NCBI GenBank assembly: GCA_016748015.1 | Contig: JAAOMT010000360.1 | Span: 1-49,680, forward strand | DNA length: 49,680 nucleotides | DNA from: Geosiphon pyriformis uo1 | Taxonomy: Eukaryota; Fungi; Glomeromycota | Direction of reading: 5' to 3' | Shown: piece by piece, positions 47,998-49,680 of the stretch | Position numbering within the stretch: the stretch's first letter is position 1 | Layout: the number at the start of each line of letters is the position of its first letter | Translations under genes and position numbers: made by a program | Notes under the pieces: generated by a model | The model's database searches: none | What the model was told of the DNA's origin: nothing | The model's input: the letters and a program-made list of their open reading frames with translations, nothing else

Positions 47998-49680
47998 TCA
48001 AGCTTTCCATAATTTTATAGACAGAATTCCTGCAATCAATGCCATTAACCCTCCAAATCTGAGCACAAACCCAATAGCATCCTTATTCGAATTTACATCA
48101 ACTTCATCAACAAGACTTTTTTCAGATCCAGGTTCTATTATGGCAAACACAACGCTACTGAAAAAAGTAACCAAAAATTGAGGTAGCACTATATAAATGT
48201 TGTGTATACCCAGTAATGTGCCAGCATCGCATGAGATTTGACTTGAATCGTAATCTCCTGTGAATGATACTAAATGTTCTTCACTTTGTATATTAGTTGT
48301 TTCGACTAATCCATAAGAAATCTCATCAGGTTCCACAACTTCGTTGTTGCATTGCAGTGATCCAGTCCCCAACTGGCGAGAATTTTTAGCTATAAATTCA
48401 CCTAAAAGGGAAAAAGGTGCCCACATTGCAGTTGCCCATGATATTCCCAGAATCCCATATAAGAATGTTGCTTCGGCAACTGTGTTCGTAAACCATGTTC
48501 CTAACATTACAAATGCTACAATAAAGTGAGAAAGGGTCCACATCTTTGGTAAAGTGAGAAAAGGCAGCGGTAATCTTAGATTCTCCCAATTAAAGTGTGA
48601 ACGATTGGTACAAGTGAACTTTGTGTCCCCCGATGGACTGATGATGAAAGGTAACAGAAAGGATGCCATCAAACTGACCAAAGAATGAACTAATAGCGCA
48701 AAAGAGCCCGCTCGAGTTCCTACTTCTGAAGATGGTTTTCCTACAGTACGAGTGTAAACTTCAGCGACCCAAGTTGTAGAGTAAATTAGAAAAGGAAACC
48801 ATCCAATCCATGCAAAAAATTGTACATTGCAGATGTTTTGCACGGGTTCTGGAAGGTTTCGAATGGATTTTACAACAGAAGTTATTGTTTCAAATGTGTA
48901 AGAAAGGACGCTGATCGACTCCTTTTGACTGAGAAAATAAACTTATTGTTATTTAATCGCAAAATGATATATATATCAAATTGGAATATTTTAATTTCAA
49001 ACCTGCCATCATAATTCACTTTTTCCTTGACGGCCCACCAAGTGAGCGCGTTACAAGATAGTAAAACAAGAGAGGCGAGAATGCATAAAACTTTCAAATT
49101 TGTATTGCCAAAAAATGGAAAGATTGCCGGTAATTCGACAAAGCCCCTTTTTTAATTGAATTTGCACCAAAAATTATTAAGATCTTCATAATAGGTAAAA
49201 TACAAAGTCCTTTCCTCACATGAAATATCCCATAGCACTTCCAATTACACCCATTTTTCCAGCCCAAGCTGTCCCCTCTTCCTGTTGTGATGGCGGCAAA
49301 CAGTCGACAATTAAAGCACGAGAGGTTGCTTGAACTTTGAATGTATTTTATGAGTGATATATTCATCCTGATATATTTGAAGGAGAATTTATTAAATACC
49401 TATGTTGATCGCGAAATCCAAGACGTAGATAGATATTACGGCCAACCAAATTGTCAATGTGCTCTAAAATCAGAAGTATTAATATAAAAACAATTTGAGA
49501 AGCTAGTTGAAATCGTATTTCTTACCGCAAAAGAATTTTCTCCGAAAATTCCAAAAATAATTTCTTTGGTCCAACCAATCAATATGAGTATAAATGCTAC
49601 CACCAGACTACCGACAATCATGAAAGGCCGCCGACGACCATATTGCGAATTAGATTTATCTGAAAGCACCCCCACTATTG
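47998..49680 (-). CDS. MFS/GPH sucrose/alpha-glucoside transporter (Sut1/SLC45-like), spliced; 5' end beyond the window
   Basis: GVLSDK...YGRRRPFMIVG, LDFAINIVQATSRA, VQFFAWIGWFPF, WAPFSLLGE, AGTLLGIHNIYIVLPQF. Confidence 0.9.

Overview
Eukaryotic (fungal) genomic DNA. Short introns, a U12-type intron and the repeat families point to Glomeromycotina (Geosiphon/AM-fungus-like; inference). Two blocks of host genes flank a ~37 kb nest of mutated retroelements. Left block: a YEATS2-like gene (+) and an unknown spliced gene (-). Right block: intronless ureD (-), MCMBP (+, with an AT-AC minor intron) and a Sut1-like sugar transporter (-). In the nest, an old RNase H-bearing LINE (-, ~6225-30860) is split by Ty3/Gypsy element A (-, 9630-27536, encodes dUTPase), whose integrase is split by Ty3/Gypsy element B (+, 12446-20158). 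A 5'-truncated LINE (32238-33074) and a full-length LINE (~35671-42450) follow, separated by near-pure AT tracts. Main observation: the two divergent Gypsy elements share a non-canonical layout. RT-RNase H ends in a stop, the integrase is a separate ORF with its own ATG behind a 52-65 nt A/C-rich spacer, and a homologous unknown ORF (ORF-X) runs through the polypurine tract into the 3' LTR. All repeats show C>T/G>A changes in many dinucleotide contexts (RIP-like). Alignments and counts were made by eye.
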